Assembly (NCBI GenBank): GCA_013152035.1
Contig: JAADHB010000013.1
Coordinates: 1-42,362 of the forward strand
DNA length: 42,362 bases
Source of the DNA: a bacterium
GTDB lineage: Bacteria; Patescibacteriota; Minisyncoccia; UBA9983
Direction: 5' to 3'
This document shows, piece by piece, positions 7,772-15,956 of this stretch. Below the pieces are notes generated by a model. That model saw only the letters and a list, made by a program, of their open reading frames with translations. It ran no database searches and was not told the origin of the DNA. The position numbers and the translations under genes were made by a program. Each line of letters opens with the position of its first letter. Position 1 is the stretch's first letter.

Positions 7772-8113
7772 ATGAAAGCATTTTGTTTGAAAAAATATTT
7801 TAAAGACGCCGTGTTAATGTGCGAGAAAATTACCGGCAAAAACCTTACGCTTCCCGTGCTGGGGAATATTATTATTTCCGGGGAAGATAATAATTTGAAA
7901 TTTATCGCCACAAATCTTGAGGTTGGCGTGGAGGTGAGCGTGCCGGCGAAAATAGAGGAAAAAGGAAAGGTCGCGGTTCCGGCGAATGTTATTAGCGGTT
8001 TCCTGTCAAATCTTTCCTTTGACGACAATATCTCAATTGAATCAAAAAATAATAACCTCTCATTAATGACATCAAACACTTCAACCTTAATAAAAGGCCA
8101 GCCTTTCTTTTGA
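7772..8113 (+). CDS. dnaN: DNA polymerase III beta sliding clamp, N-terminal fragment (frame break 8094-8110)
   Basis: 113 aa of clamp domain I (..LPVLGNIIISGEDNNLKFIATNLEVGVEV..). It stops at TGA 8111-8113 while frame 3 continues with ..SFDDFPNLPKI.. Confidence 0.9.
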   Translation: MKAFCLKKYFKDAVLMCEKITGKNLTLPVLGNIIISGEDNNLKFIATNLEVGVEVSVPAKIEEKGKVAVPANVISGFLSNLSFDDNISIESKNNNLSLMTSNTSTLIKGQPFF

Positions 8114-8153
8114 TGATTTCCCGAATCTTCCAAAAATAAAAAACGAAAAAGAG

Positions 8154-8879
8154 GTGGAAATGCCGGCGCGCGATTTTATTTCCGGATTAAAGTCGGTTAT
8201 GTACGCGGCGTCATTATTAAATATTAAGCCGGAAATTTCCTCGGTTTACATTAATTCCGATGATAAAAACACTATTATATTCGCCGCCACTGATTCATTC
8301 AGGTTGGCTGAGAAAAAAATCAACCAATCTTTGAATGACTTTAAAAATATTCTCATACCGTTAAAAAGCGTTTCGGAGATTTTGAGGATTTTTGACGGAA
8401 GAGAAGGAAATATAAAATTAATTCCCGACAAAAACCAGATTATGGTGTCAATGGATAATATAAAATTCATATCAAGGCTCACGGAGGGCGTTTTTCCGGA
8501 CTACCGGCAAATAATTCCAAATAAATTCACGACGGATATTATCGTCAATAAGGATTTATTTTTAAATTCCCTGAAAATGGCGAGTGTTTTTTCAGGGAAA
8601 TTAAACGAAGTTAATATCATCACCGGATCAGACAATAAATCATTGACGATTAACACCGTTAATTCCGAGTCCGGCGAACATATCACGAATATTCCGGCGA
8701 AAATAACGGGTGATGAACTAAAAATGTCTTTTAATCATAAGTATATTTTTGACTGCCTCCAGCAGATACCGTCATTGGATATTATTTTAAGATTTTCCGG
8801 AGACGGGAAACCGCTCATTATAATCGGAGTTGACGACAATTCTTTCCAATATCTTGTGATGCCGATGAATAATTTGTAA
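8154..8879 (+). CDS. dnaN: DNA polymerase III beta sliding clamp, C-terminal fragment (frame is open from 8094)
   Basis: ..IFAATDSFRLAEKKI.. ..ISRLTEGVFPDYRQIIP.. ..PLIIIGVDDNSFQYLVMPM.. are typical DnaN domains II-III. Confidence 0.9.
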   Translation: MEMPARDFISGLKSVMYAASLLNIKPEISSVYINSDDKNTIIFAATDSFRLAEKKINQSLNDFKNILIPLKSVSEILRIFDGREGNIKLIPDKNQIMVSMDNIKFISRLTEGVFPDYRQIIPNKFTTDIIVNKDLFLNSLKMASVFSGKLNEVNIITGSDNKSLTINTVNSESGEHITNIPAKITGDELKMSFNHKYIFDCLQQIPSLDIILRFSGDGKPLIIIGVDDNSFQYLVMPMNNL

Positions 8880-8893
8880 TTTTCCAGCGTATT

Positions 8894-9736
8894 ATGGATA
8901 AAGATAAAAACAAAAAAAACAAAAAAAATTTCATCCATCCACTTAGGACGTTCAAGACGGATATGAATGATTACGTGAAAAAGAAAGGGGTTTCAATGGT
9001 TGATATTATGCTGGCAAACCAAAAGAAGAAAAACTTTTGGAGCCTAAAAAACAGAAGAAAGGTGTTTTCAGGAAAGGCCGTGATTATTACGGCGGCGGCG
9101 TTATTGTTTATTGGGGGTTTTTCGTTGATTTTTTTACTGGCGCGAAAAAACAGCGAACCAAATCCGGTTGTTGAAGTTTCGTTAAAGCCGATAATCACCG
9201 CCGACAGAGATGAGGCCGTTTCCGTAAAAAATATCGGCGATATCCTTAAGGTGCCGGTTCCATCAAAGAAACTTTTGAATATTTCCGTTTTTTCCGGAAA
9301 CGGCGAAAATAAAAAAACAATTTTGTCGGCCGATAAGTTTTTTGAGGGAGCGGGTATAAGTGTTCCGCGGCCCCTCGCCGATTCTCTTGACGGAAAATTT
9401 ATGCTTGGTGTTTTTCGTTCGTCGCGAAAGTCTCCGGTTTTAATATTGAAAGTTAAATTTTACGAGCGCGCTTTCGCCTCAATGATAAATTGGGAGAAAA
9501 ATATGTTTGAGAATTTGGGGATATTTTTTGGCGGGGAGGAAACGGAACCAAACTCCGACGGCTTTATTGACAAAGAAATCAGAAACACGGACACAAGAAT
9601 TTTGTATGACACCGAAGGGAACCCTATTTTAATTTACGCGTTTTTCGGAAAAAAATATCTGGTGATTACCGACAATAAAGACGCCCTTGTTGAAATATTC
9701 CGCCGCCTGTCCTCGTCGCGATACCTGGATAATTAA
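8894..9736 (+). CDS. hypothetical single-pass membrane protein
   Basis: 280 aa with a Lys-rich N-terminus and one TM helix (..AVIITAAALLFIGGFSLIFLLA..). I recognise no family. Confidence 0.55.
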   Translation: MDKDKNKKNKKNFIHPLRTFKTDMNDYVKKKGVSMVDIMLANQKKKNFWSLKNRRKVFSGKAVIITAAALLFIGGFSLIFLLARKNSEPNPVVEVSLKPIITADRDEAVSVKNIGDILKVPVPSKKLLNISVFSGNGENKKTILSADKFFEGAGISVPRPLADSLDGKFMLGVFRSSRKSPVLILKVKFYERAFASMINWEKNMFENLGIFFGGEETEPNSDGFIDKEIRNTDTRILYDTEGNPILIYAFFGKKYLVITDNKDALVEIFRRLSSSRYLDN

Positions 9737-9788
9737 ACAATCAAATCCTATTGCCGTTTTTTTGGGTTTTAGGTATAATCAAATTATC

Positions 9789-10163
9789 ATGCCGTTAACA
9801 AAAGAAAAAATTGAATATTTTAAGGAGAAGCTTAATAAAAGAAAAGCCGAATTGGAAAAGGAGCTTTCCGTTGTCGCGAGGAAAAATCCGGACGTGAAAG
9901 GGGATTGGGAGCCGACGCAGGCCGATATGAACCCGATGGTTTCCGACAGAAATGAAATGGCGGACACTTTTGAAGAAATGGAGGAAAGGGCGGTGGTTGA
10001 AGACAGCCTTGAAGAGCAGTTTGATTTGGTTGTCCAAGCTCTGGAGCGCGTTAAAAAAGGAACCTACGGAATATGCGAAACATGTGGGGAGGATATAGAC
10101 GAAAGAAGGCTTGAAGCGCTTCCCGCCGCGAAAAATTGCGTTAAACACACTAAAAATAAGTAA
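9789..10163 (+). CDS. DksA/TraR-family C4 zinc-finger protein
   Basis: A coiled-coil N-terminus and the C-terminal ..GTYGICETCGEDIDERRLEALPAAKNCVKH.. (CxxC-N17-C..). The start is taken at ATG 9789, 9 nt after TATAAT (9774..9779). Confidence 0.8.
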   Translation: MPLTKEKIEYFKEKLNKRKAELEKELSVVARKNPDVKGDWEPTQADMNPMVSDRNEMADTFEEMEERAVVEDSLEEQFDLVVQALERVKKGTYGICETCGEDIDERRLEALPAAKNCVKHTKNK

Positions 10164-10180
10164 ATCCAATTTAAACATTT

Positions 10181-11740
10181 ATGTCCGTTAAGGTTCACTC
10201 CGTTCAGACTGTCGGCTTGAAAGCGAATATCATTGATGTGGAGGTTGACCTTTCCCAAGGCCTCCACTCCTTTTCCGTCGTCGGTTTGCCGGATAAGGCG
10301 GTTGAGGAAGCGAAGGATAGAATTTCCGCCGCCATAAAAAATTCAGGCTTCGCCTCGCCTCAAAAAAAGAACCAAAAAGTAATAGTTTCTCTTGCTCCGG
10401 CTGACCTCAAAAAAGAGGGCCCTATTTTTGACCTGGCGATAGCTTTGGGATATATGCTCGCTTCAAAGCAGATGCTTTTTGACAGCAAGGAGAAAATTTT
10501 TCTCGGCGAGCTGGCGCTGGACGGAACACTCAGGCCCATTAAGGGAGTTCTGGTTCTCGTAAAATCCGCGAAGAACGCGGGATATAAAGAAATTTTCGTT
10601 CCGAAGGAAAATACCAAAGAGGCGGGGCTCATCGGCGGAATTAAGGTTTTCGGATGTGGGAGTCTTTCCGAAATAATTTGGCATTTTGACAGGCACAGCG
10701 ATTTTGAATTAACGGAACAGCCGCGGACGGAGATAAAAGCCGGGGAGCTTGAAAGGGAGAATATCTTGGATTTTTCGGATGTCAAAGGGCAGGAAAGCGC
10801 GAAGCGCGGACTGGAGATTGCCGCCGCCGGAGGGCATAACATTTTGATGGTTGGTCCTCCGGGAACCGGAAAAACAATGCTCGCGAAAGCTTTTTCGGCT
10901 ATCTTGCCGCCGCTTTCATTTGACGAGATTCTGGAAACGACGGCGATTCACAGTGTCGCCGGAGCGTTGATGGATGATTTTGTTTTGCATCGCCCGTTCC
11001 GCAGCCCGCACCATACTTCTTCTTATGTCGCGATTGTCGGCGGGGGAGCGTATCCGAAACCGGGGGAAATTACGCTCAGCCACCGCGGAGTTTTGTTTTT
11101 AGACGAATTTCCGGAATTTGAACGGAGGGTTATTGAGTCGCTCAGGCAGCCGCTGGAGGATGGGGTCGTCACTGTTTCGCGCGCGAAGGGGACTTTGGTT
11201 TTTCCGGCGAGATTTATAATGGCATGCGCGATGAACCCGTGCCCTTGCGGGCAAAGCGGCTCAAACACGAAGCAATGCGTGTGTTCGCAGGGAGCGCTTA
11301 TGCGATATAAAAGAAAGATTTCCGGACCGATTGTTGACAGGATTGATTTATGGCTTGAAGTTCCGCAGGTGGAGCACGAAAAGCTGGCGGATGACGGAGT
11401 TTCGTCAGAGCCGTCAAAAGTGATTCGGGAAAGAGTGATAAAAGCGCGCGCGATACAGGAAAAACGGTTTTCCGCCGAAGGCGGATCCGCTCTCGGCGGA
11501 GAAACAAAACTTTTGACGAACAGCGAGATGGGAGTGCGGGAGCTGAAGAAATTCGCCCCGCTCTCCGAAGATGTCAAAAATATACTGGGAAAGGCGGCGA
11601 AACAATTTGACCTTTCGGGGCGCGCCTACCACAGGGTTATCAAACTGGCGAGAACAATCGCCGATTTGGCGGGCGAAGAGGATATCTTGAAAGATCATAT
11701 TTTGGAAGCCATGCAATATCGCCCGAAACAAAACGACTAA
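10181..11740 (+). CDS. comM: Mg-chelatase-like AAA+ protein ComM/YifB
   Basis: 519 aa with an N-terminal Lon-like domain, ..ILMVGPPGTGKTMLA.. and ..VLFLDEFPEF.., plus a C-terminal ..RAYHRVIKLARTIADLAG.. Confidence 0.92.
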   Translation: MSVKVHSVQTVGLKANIIDVEVDLSQGLHSFSVVGLPDKAVEEAKDRISAAIKNSGFASPQKKNQKVIVSLAPADLKKEGPIFDLAIALGYMLASKQMLFDSKEKIFLGELALDGTLRPIKGVLVLVKSAKNAGYKEIFVPKENTKEAGLIGGIKVFGCGSLSEIIWHFDRHSDFELTEQPRTEIKAGELERENILDFSDVKGQESAKRGLEIAAAGGHNILMVGPPGTGKTMLAKAFSAILPPLSFDEILETTAIHSVAGALMDDFVLHRPFRSPHHTSSYVAIVGGGAYPKPGEITLSHRGVLFLDEFPEFERRVIESLRQPLEDGVVTVSRAKGTLVFPARFIMACAMNPCPCGQSGSNTKQCVCSQGALMRYKRKISGPIVDRIDLWLEVPQVEHEKLADDGVSSEPSKVIRERVIKARAIQEKRFSAEGGSALGGETKLLTNSEMGVRELKKFAPLSEDVKNILGKAAKQFDLSGRAYHRVIKLARTIADLAGEEDILKDHILEAMQYRPKQND

Positions 11741-11741
11741 A

Positions 11742-12191
11742 ATGACCAAAACAATTATCACAAACAGCGCGGAAGAAACGCGAAAGCTCGCCGAAAATTT
11801 GGCGGAAAAAATAACGGCGTCCCCGGTGGGAAGCGGGGCGGCGGTAATCGCCTTGACGGGCGATCTGGGAAGCGGCAAGACCGCGTTTACGCAAGGTTTC
11901 GCGAAGGCGTTGGGAGTAAAGGAAAAAATAACCAGCCCAACATTTGTTATCCAAAAGAACTACAAACTACAAACTAAAAACCACAAACTGTTAATCCATA
12001 TTGACGCGTACAGAATAAAAGATCCCAAAGAAATTATCGGTCTCGGCTGGGAAGAAATGATTTCCAACCCCCCAAATATCATAATCATGGAATGGGCGGA
12101 ACGAATTAAAAAAATCCTGCCCCAAAAACATATTCAAATAAATTTCGAGCATCTGGGAGGAGATAAAAGGAGGATAAAAGTAAAGAATTAA
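11742..12191 (+). CDS. tsaE: tRNA t6A37 biosynthesis ATPase TsaE
   Basis: ..IALTGDLGSGKTAFTQGFAKALGV..ITSPTFVI.. ..HIDAYR.. is the TsaE/YjeE signature. Confidence 0.88.
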   Translation: MTKTIITNSAEETRKLAENLAEKITASPVGSGAAVIALTGDLGSGKTAFTQGFAKALGVKEKITSPTFVIQKNYKLQTKNHKLLIHIDAYRIKDPKEIIGLGWEEMISNPPNIIIMEWAERIKKILPQKHIQINFEHLGGDKRRIKVKN

Positions 12192-12199
12192 ATACCAAA

Positions 12200-12232
12200 C
12201 CACCACTTGGAGATTGAGTCTCCAAGTGGTGG
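12200..12232. other. 14-bp perfect hairpin downstream of tsaE
   Basis: CCACCACTTGGAGA-TTGAG-TCTCCAAGTGGTGG, with no U-tract on either side. Confidence 0.5.
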
Positions 12233-12329
12233 ACAAGTGTAATCGGCGTGATATAGTGGAAGTAGATTTAGATTTTAAATAAACCACTTAAGGGGAGGTG
12301 AGAGTGTGTGCTGGCGGGATGAAATAATC

Positions 12330-12434
12330 ATGGAAAGGTGGTGTTTTGTGTGTGGGGGGATTTACCACGGAAACCTGGGGCACGTTGGTTGCCCAGGGTT
12401 TCCGGAAGAAGAGGAAAAGGAACCCGAAGAATAA
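12330..12434 (+). CDS. candidate 34-aa Cys/His-rich peptide (competes with the antisense 62-aa ORF 12288..12476)
   Basis: MERWCFVCGGIYHGNLGHVGCPGFPEEEEKEPEE* has a CxxC-x4-H-x4-H-x2-C pattern. It lies between the 12200 hairpin and a plus-strand intrinsic terminator. No homology is recognised. Confidence 0.25.
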   Translation: MERWCFVCGGIYHGNLGHVGCPGFPEEEEKEPEE

Positions 12435-12459
12435 AATAATAAGAGTGCCAATTAGTTTG

Positions 12460-12488
12460 CCGGTCCGGCGCATCACGGACCGGTTTTT
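12460..12488 (+). terminator. intrinsic terminator (plus strand)
   Basis: CCGGTCCG-GCGCATCA-CGGACCGG followed by TTTTTGTTT. The opposite orientation has no U-tract. Confidence 0.65.
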
Positions 12489-12517
12489 GTTTGGGAAATT
12501 TCAAACCGGCGATAAGG

Positions 12518-12526
12518 TGCTATAAT
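12518..12526 (+). promoter_or_regulatory. extended -10 (TGCTATAAT) 7 nt upstream of the polA ATG
   Basis: TGCTATAAT lies at 12518..12526 and the ATG at 12534. No SD lies between them. Confidence 0.5.
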
Positions 12527-12533
12527 ATGATGA

Positions 12534-14846
12534 ATGGGAAAAGGCGAAAGAAAGACTTTGGTTTTATTGGACGCGCATGCGATTTTGCATCGCGCGTTTC
12601 ACGCTCTGCCCAACTTTACTTCTCCGAAGGGCGAGCCGACCGGCGCGCTTTACGGTTTCACCGCCTTTCTTTTGAAAGTTATCCGCGAGTTGAAGCCGGA
12701 CTACATCGCCGCCTGCTACGACCTGCCCGAACCGACATTCAGGAAAATCGCCTATGAGCAATATAAAGGGAAAAGGCCCAAGATGGACGATACACTGGCG
12801 AAACAGATAAACCGTTCGCGCGACATTCTGGATGTTTTCAAAATCCCCGTTTACGCGGAGCCGGGTTTTGAAGCGGATGACATTTTGGGAACAATCGTTG
12901 AAAATCTCAAATCTCAAATCTCACCGCGCCCGACATCGCCTTGCGAAGCCAAGGCGGGCGGGAATCTCAAAATTATTGTCGCCTCCGGCGACTTGGATAC
13001 TCTCCAGTTGGTGAAGGATGACGATGTCGTCGTTTACACCTTGAGCAAGGGGATAAAAGAGGCGGTCATATACAACGAAGACAAAGTGAAAGAACGCTAC
13101 GGATTTGAGCCGAAACTTTTGCCGGACTTCAAAGGGCTGAAGGGTGACCCGTCCGACAATATCATAGGCGTCCCCGGAATCGGAGACAAAACGGGAGGAG
13201 AATTGATACAAAAATTCGGAACGATTGAAAACATATACAAAATTCTCAAGGAGGATAAAAGCGTTTTGGAAAAAGCCGGCATCAAGCCGAGGACAATCAA
13301 GCTTTTGGAGGAGAACGAAGAAGAGGCGATGTTTAGCAAAGGCTTGGCGGAAATCAGGCGCGACGCTCCGATAAAATTTTCTTTGAAAGATTGCGAATGG
13401 AAAAAACAGTTCGATATTGAAAAAGCAAGAACGCTTTTTGGTGAATTCGGATTTAGAAGCTTAATCGCGCGGCTGGAGAATAATACGGGCAATTCATCCT
13501 CAGAGCGGGCGGACGAATTGCCGCGGGAGAACGGCGGAGACGACGGGGAAACTGAAAAAACCGGCGAGGAAGAACTCTTTGAAAGGTTCAAGGGAACCGT
13601 TCCGGAAAAACTGTTCAAAGAAGTGGAGCTTCCTTTGTCAAAAATACTCGCCGAAATGCAGGACAGGGGGATTCTTTTGGACACCCCGTATCTCGCGAAA
13701 TTGTCAAAAGAGTATCACAAGGAGCTTGACCGCCTTGAGAAAAAAATTTGGTCGCTGGCGGGCGAGGAGTTTAATGTTAATTCTTCCCAACAGCTCGGAA
13801 AGATATTGTTTGACGGCTTGAAATTGAACGCCAAAGGTTTGAGAAAGACGAGCGGCGGAGCGCGCTCCACAAACATCGCTGTGCTGGAAAAACTGAAAGA
13901 CCTGCACCCGATTATTAAGGAAATAATATCTTATCGCGAGCTGAGCAAACTTGTTTCAACTTATGTTGACGCTTTGCCGAAACTGGCGGATGAAAACGGC
14001 CGCCTTCACACGACCTTTGACCAGGCGGGAACCGCCACCGGAAGAATTTCTTCAAAAAACCCCAATCTTCAAAATATCCCGAAAAGAACGGAACTCGGCA
14101 GAAAAATACGCAGGGCGTTCGTGGCGGACAAAGGGTTCAAGCTTGTCGCTTTTGATTACTCGCAGATTGAACTGAGGATAGCCGCCATTCTGAGTAAAGA
14201 CCCAAAAATGAAAAAAGTTTTTACGGAGGGCGGCGACATACACACCGCCGTCGCTTGCGAGGTTTTTAACGTGGAGCCGGACAAAGTGACGGACGAAATG
14301 CGGAGGAGGGCGAAGGTGATAAATTTCGGGATTATTTACGGAATGGGCATCAACGCCCTTCGCGCGAATCTCGGATGTTCGCGCGAGGAGGCGCGCGTTT
14401 TTTACGATGAATACTTCAAGGGTTTTGAGGGGATGGCCGCCTATATTGAGCGCGCTAAAGAATCCGCCCATAAGAAGGGATACACGGAAACCCTACTCGG
14501 AAGAAAGCGTTTTTTCCCGGAGATAAATTCGCCGATTGAGTATATAAGAAAAGAGGCGGAAAGGATGGCGGTCAACGCGCCGATACAAGGCACCGCCGCG
14601 GATTTTATAAAACTGGCGATGGTCAGAGCCGACAAGGCGCTTAAAGAGAGCGGGCTGAAGGACAGGGCGTTTATGCTTCTTCAAATTCACGATGAACTGC
14701 TTTTTGAGATAAGCGATGAGGCCGTCGGCGAGGCGGTTCCGGTAATCGTTAAAGCGATGGAAGGGGTTTACGAAGGGGATATCCCCATAAAAACCAATGT
14801 GTCCGTGGGCAAAAACTGGGAGGATATGGTAGAATATAAAAAATGA
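12534..14846 (+). CDS. polA: DNA polymerase I (5' nuclease + polymerase domains; short or absent 3'-5' exonuclease region)
   Basis: 770 aa with 5'-nuclease motifs (..LLDAHAILHRAFHAL.., ..GFEADDILGT.., ..GDPSDNIIGVPGIGDKT..) and polymerase motifs (..DYSQIELRIAA.., ..RRRAKVINFGIIYG.., ..QIHDELLFE..). Confidence 0.95.
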   Translation: MGKGERKTLVLLDAHAILHRAFHALPNFTSPKGEPTGALYGFTAFLLKVIRELKPDYIAACYDLPEPTFRKIAYEQYKGKRPKMDDTLAKQINRSRDILDVFKIPVYAEPGFEADDILGTIVENLKSQISPRPTSPCEAKAGGNLKIIVASGDLDTLQLVKDDDVVVYTLSKGIKEAVIYNEDKVKERYGFEPKLLPDFKGLKGDPSDNIIGVPGIGDKTGGELIQKFGTIENIYKILKEDKSVLEKAGIKPRTIKLLEENEEEAMFSKGLAEIRRDAPIKFSLKDCEWKKQFDIEKARTLFGEFGFRSLIARLENNTGNSSSERADELPRENGGDDGETEKTGEEELFERFKGTVPEKLFKEVELPLSKILAEMQDRGILLDTPYLAKLSKEYHKELDRLEKKIWSLAGEEFNVNSSQQLGKILFDGLKLNAKGLRKTSGGARSTNIAVLEKLKDLHPIIKEIISYRELSKLVSTYVDALPKLADENGRLHTTFDQAGTATGRISSKNPNLQNIPKRTELGRKIRRAFVADKGFKLVAFDYSQIELRIAAILSKDPKMKKVFTEGGDIHTAVACEVFNVEPDKVTDEMRRRAKVINFGIIYGMGINALRANLGCSREEARVFYDEYFKGFEGMAAYIERAKESAHKKGYTETLLGRKRFFPEINSPIEYIRKEAERMAVNAPIQGTAADFIKLAMVRADKALKESGLKDRAFMLLQIHDELLFEISDEAVGEAVPVIVKAMEGVYEGDIPIKTNVSVGKNWEDMVEYKK

Positions 14847-15226
14847 AAGAGCAAAGCATTCTCATAATTGAAGACGATAAATTTTTCAGGGACCTTGTCG
14901 CCAACAAGTTGGGCAAGGAGAATTTTAAGGTCCTGAAAGCTCGCGACAGCGAGGAGGCGTTCAAAATCTTGGAAGAAGAAACTCCGTCCTTGATAATTCT
15001 TGATCTCATTTTACCCGGACTGGACGGCTTTGAGATACTCTCCCTTCTGAAAAAAGACAAAAAAACCAGCGGCATTCCGGTTGTCGTCCTTAGCAATTTG
15101 GGGCAGAAGGAAGATGTTGACAAGGCGAAGTCTTTGGGGGCGATTGAGTTTATGATAAAAGTCAATTTCACTCCGGATGAAATCGTGGCGAAAGCGAAGC
15201 GCGCCCTAAGCGAGCAATATCTGTAA
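14843..15226 (+). CDS. stand-alone response-regulator receiver (CheY-like)
   Basis: 127 aa with ..ILIIEDD.. ..LIILDLILPGLDGFEIL.. ..PVVVLSN.. ..K.. receiver signature and no output domain. Confidence 0.85.
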   Translation: MKEQSILIIEDDKFFRDLVANKLGKENFKVLKARDSEEAFKILEEETPSLIILDLILPGLDGFEILSLLKKDKKTSGIPVVVLSNLGQKEDVDKAKSLGAIEFMIKVNFTPDEIVAKAKRALSEQYL

Positions 15227-15227
15227 A

Positions 15228-15923
15228 ATGATTTACCTGCTTTACGGTCAGGATACTTTCAAGGGGAAACGGAAACTGGTTGAGATTCTGGATTTTTTTC
15301 GCGCGAAGATAGGCAATCTCGGTATTTTCAGATTGGATGGCGACGGCTTCAAAGTGGCGGAATTAGAGGAGCTGCTTAAATCAAGGACGCTGTTTGGCGA
15401 GAAATACGTGGTGGTTTGCGACAGGGTTTTGGGCATCCCCGCCGCGAACAAGCTTGTCGCGGACAATATAGAAAAATTCGCCGAGTCGCAAAGCGTTTTT
15501 ATTTTTTTTGAGGAGGAGATTGAAAAAGAGATCCTTAACTTGCTTAAAGATCGCGCCCAAAAGGCCCAGGAATTCAAGCTGCCGGCTGGAAATCCGGAAG
15601 AAAAATACAACCCGTTTCCCCTCTGCGACGCTTTCGCTTCAAAAAACAAAAAAAGGGCGTGGGTGCTGTTTCGGAGGGCGATTTTATTGGGCGCGCCTGC
15701 GGAGGAGATTTTTTGGAAAATATGGTGGCAGTTGAAAAACCTGCTGCTGGTGAAAAAATTATCGCGGATTAACGGCGTTAATCTCGCCAAGGAGTCGGGG
15801 CTCAAGCCGTACCCGCTCAAAAAGGCGACGGCGGCGGCCGCCAATTTCAGCGAAGAGGAGCTCTCGGACTATTCCTCCAAAATGCTTCAACTTTACCACG
15901 ACGCGAGAAAAGGCCGATTTTGA
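15228..15923 (+). CDS. holA: DNA polymerase III delta subunit (HolA-like); C-terminus apparently continues in the +1 frame to 15957
   Basis: MIYLLYGQDTF.. ..LFGEKYVVVCD.. resembles the HolA N-domain. The listed ORF stops at TGA 15921-15923, but the +1 frame reads ..DFEIGVEKILIGL* (stop 15955-15957). Confidence 0.6.
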   Translation: MIYLLYGQDTFKGKRKLVEILDFFRAKIGNLGIFRLDGDGFKVAELEELLKSRTLFGEKYVVVCDRVLGIPAANKLVADNIEKFAESQSVFIFFEEEIEKEILNLLKDRAQKAQEFKLPAGNPEEKYNPFPLCDAFASKNKKRAWVLFRRAILLGAPAEEIFWKIWWQLKNLLLVKKLSRINGVNLAKESGLKPYPLKKATAAAANFSEEELSDYSSKMLQLYHDARKGRF

Positions 15924-15930
15924 AATCGGC
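15913..15930 (-). terminator. hairpin plus U-rich tail on the minus strand (end of the tRNA-Lys/ncRNA unit), overlapping the holA 3' end
   Basis: GCCGATT-TTGA-AATCGGC. The minus-strand sequence after the stem is CTTTTCTC. Confidence 0.45.
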
Positions 15931-15956
15931 GTGGAAAAAATTTTAATAGGGTTGTA

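Noticed and set aside
8111-8113. UGA read as an amino acid (code 4 or 25) to explain the dnaN and holA (15921-15923) stops
   Set aside because: Reading through in the zero frame gives nonsense followed quickly by further stops. Homology resumes only in the +1 frame. TGA is also used as an ordinary stop by several intact genes in the window.
12288-12476. Listed 62-aa minus-strand ORF as a real membrane peptide
   Set aside because: Its ATG sits in the loop of a plus-strand terminator hairpin. It has no SD or promoter-like signal and no homology. It is kept only as an alternative under the 12200-12488 finding.
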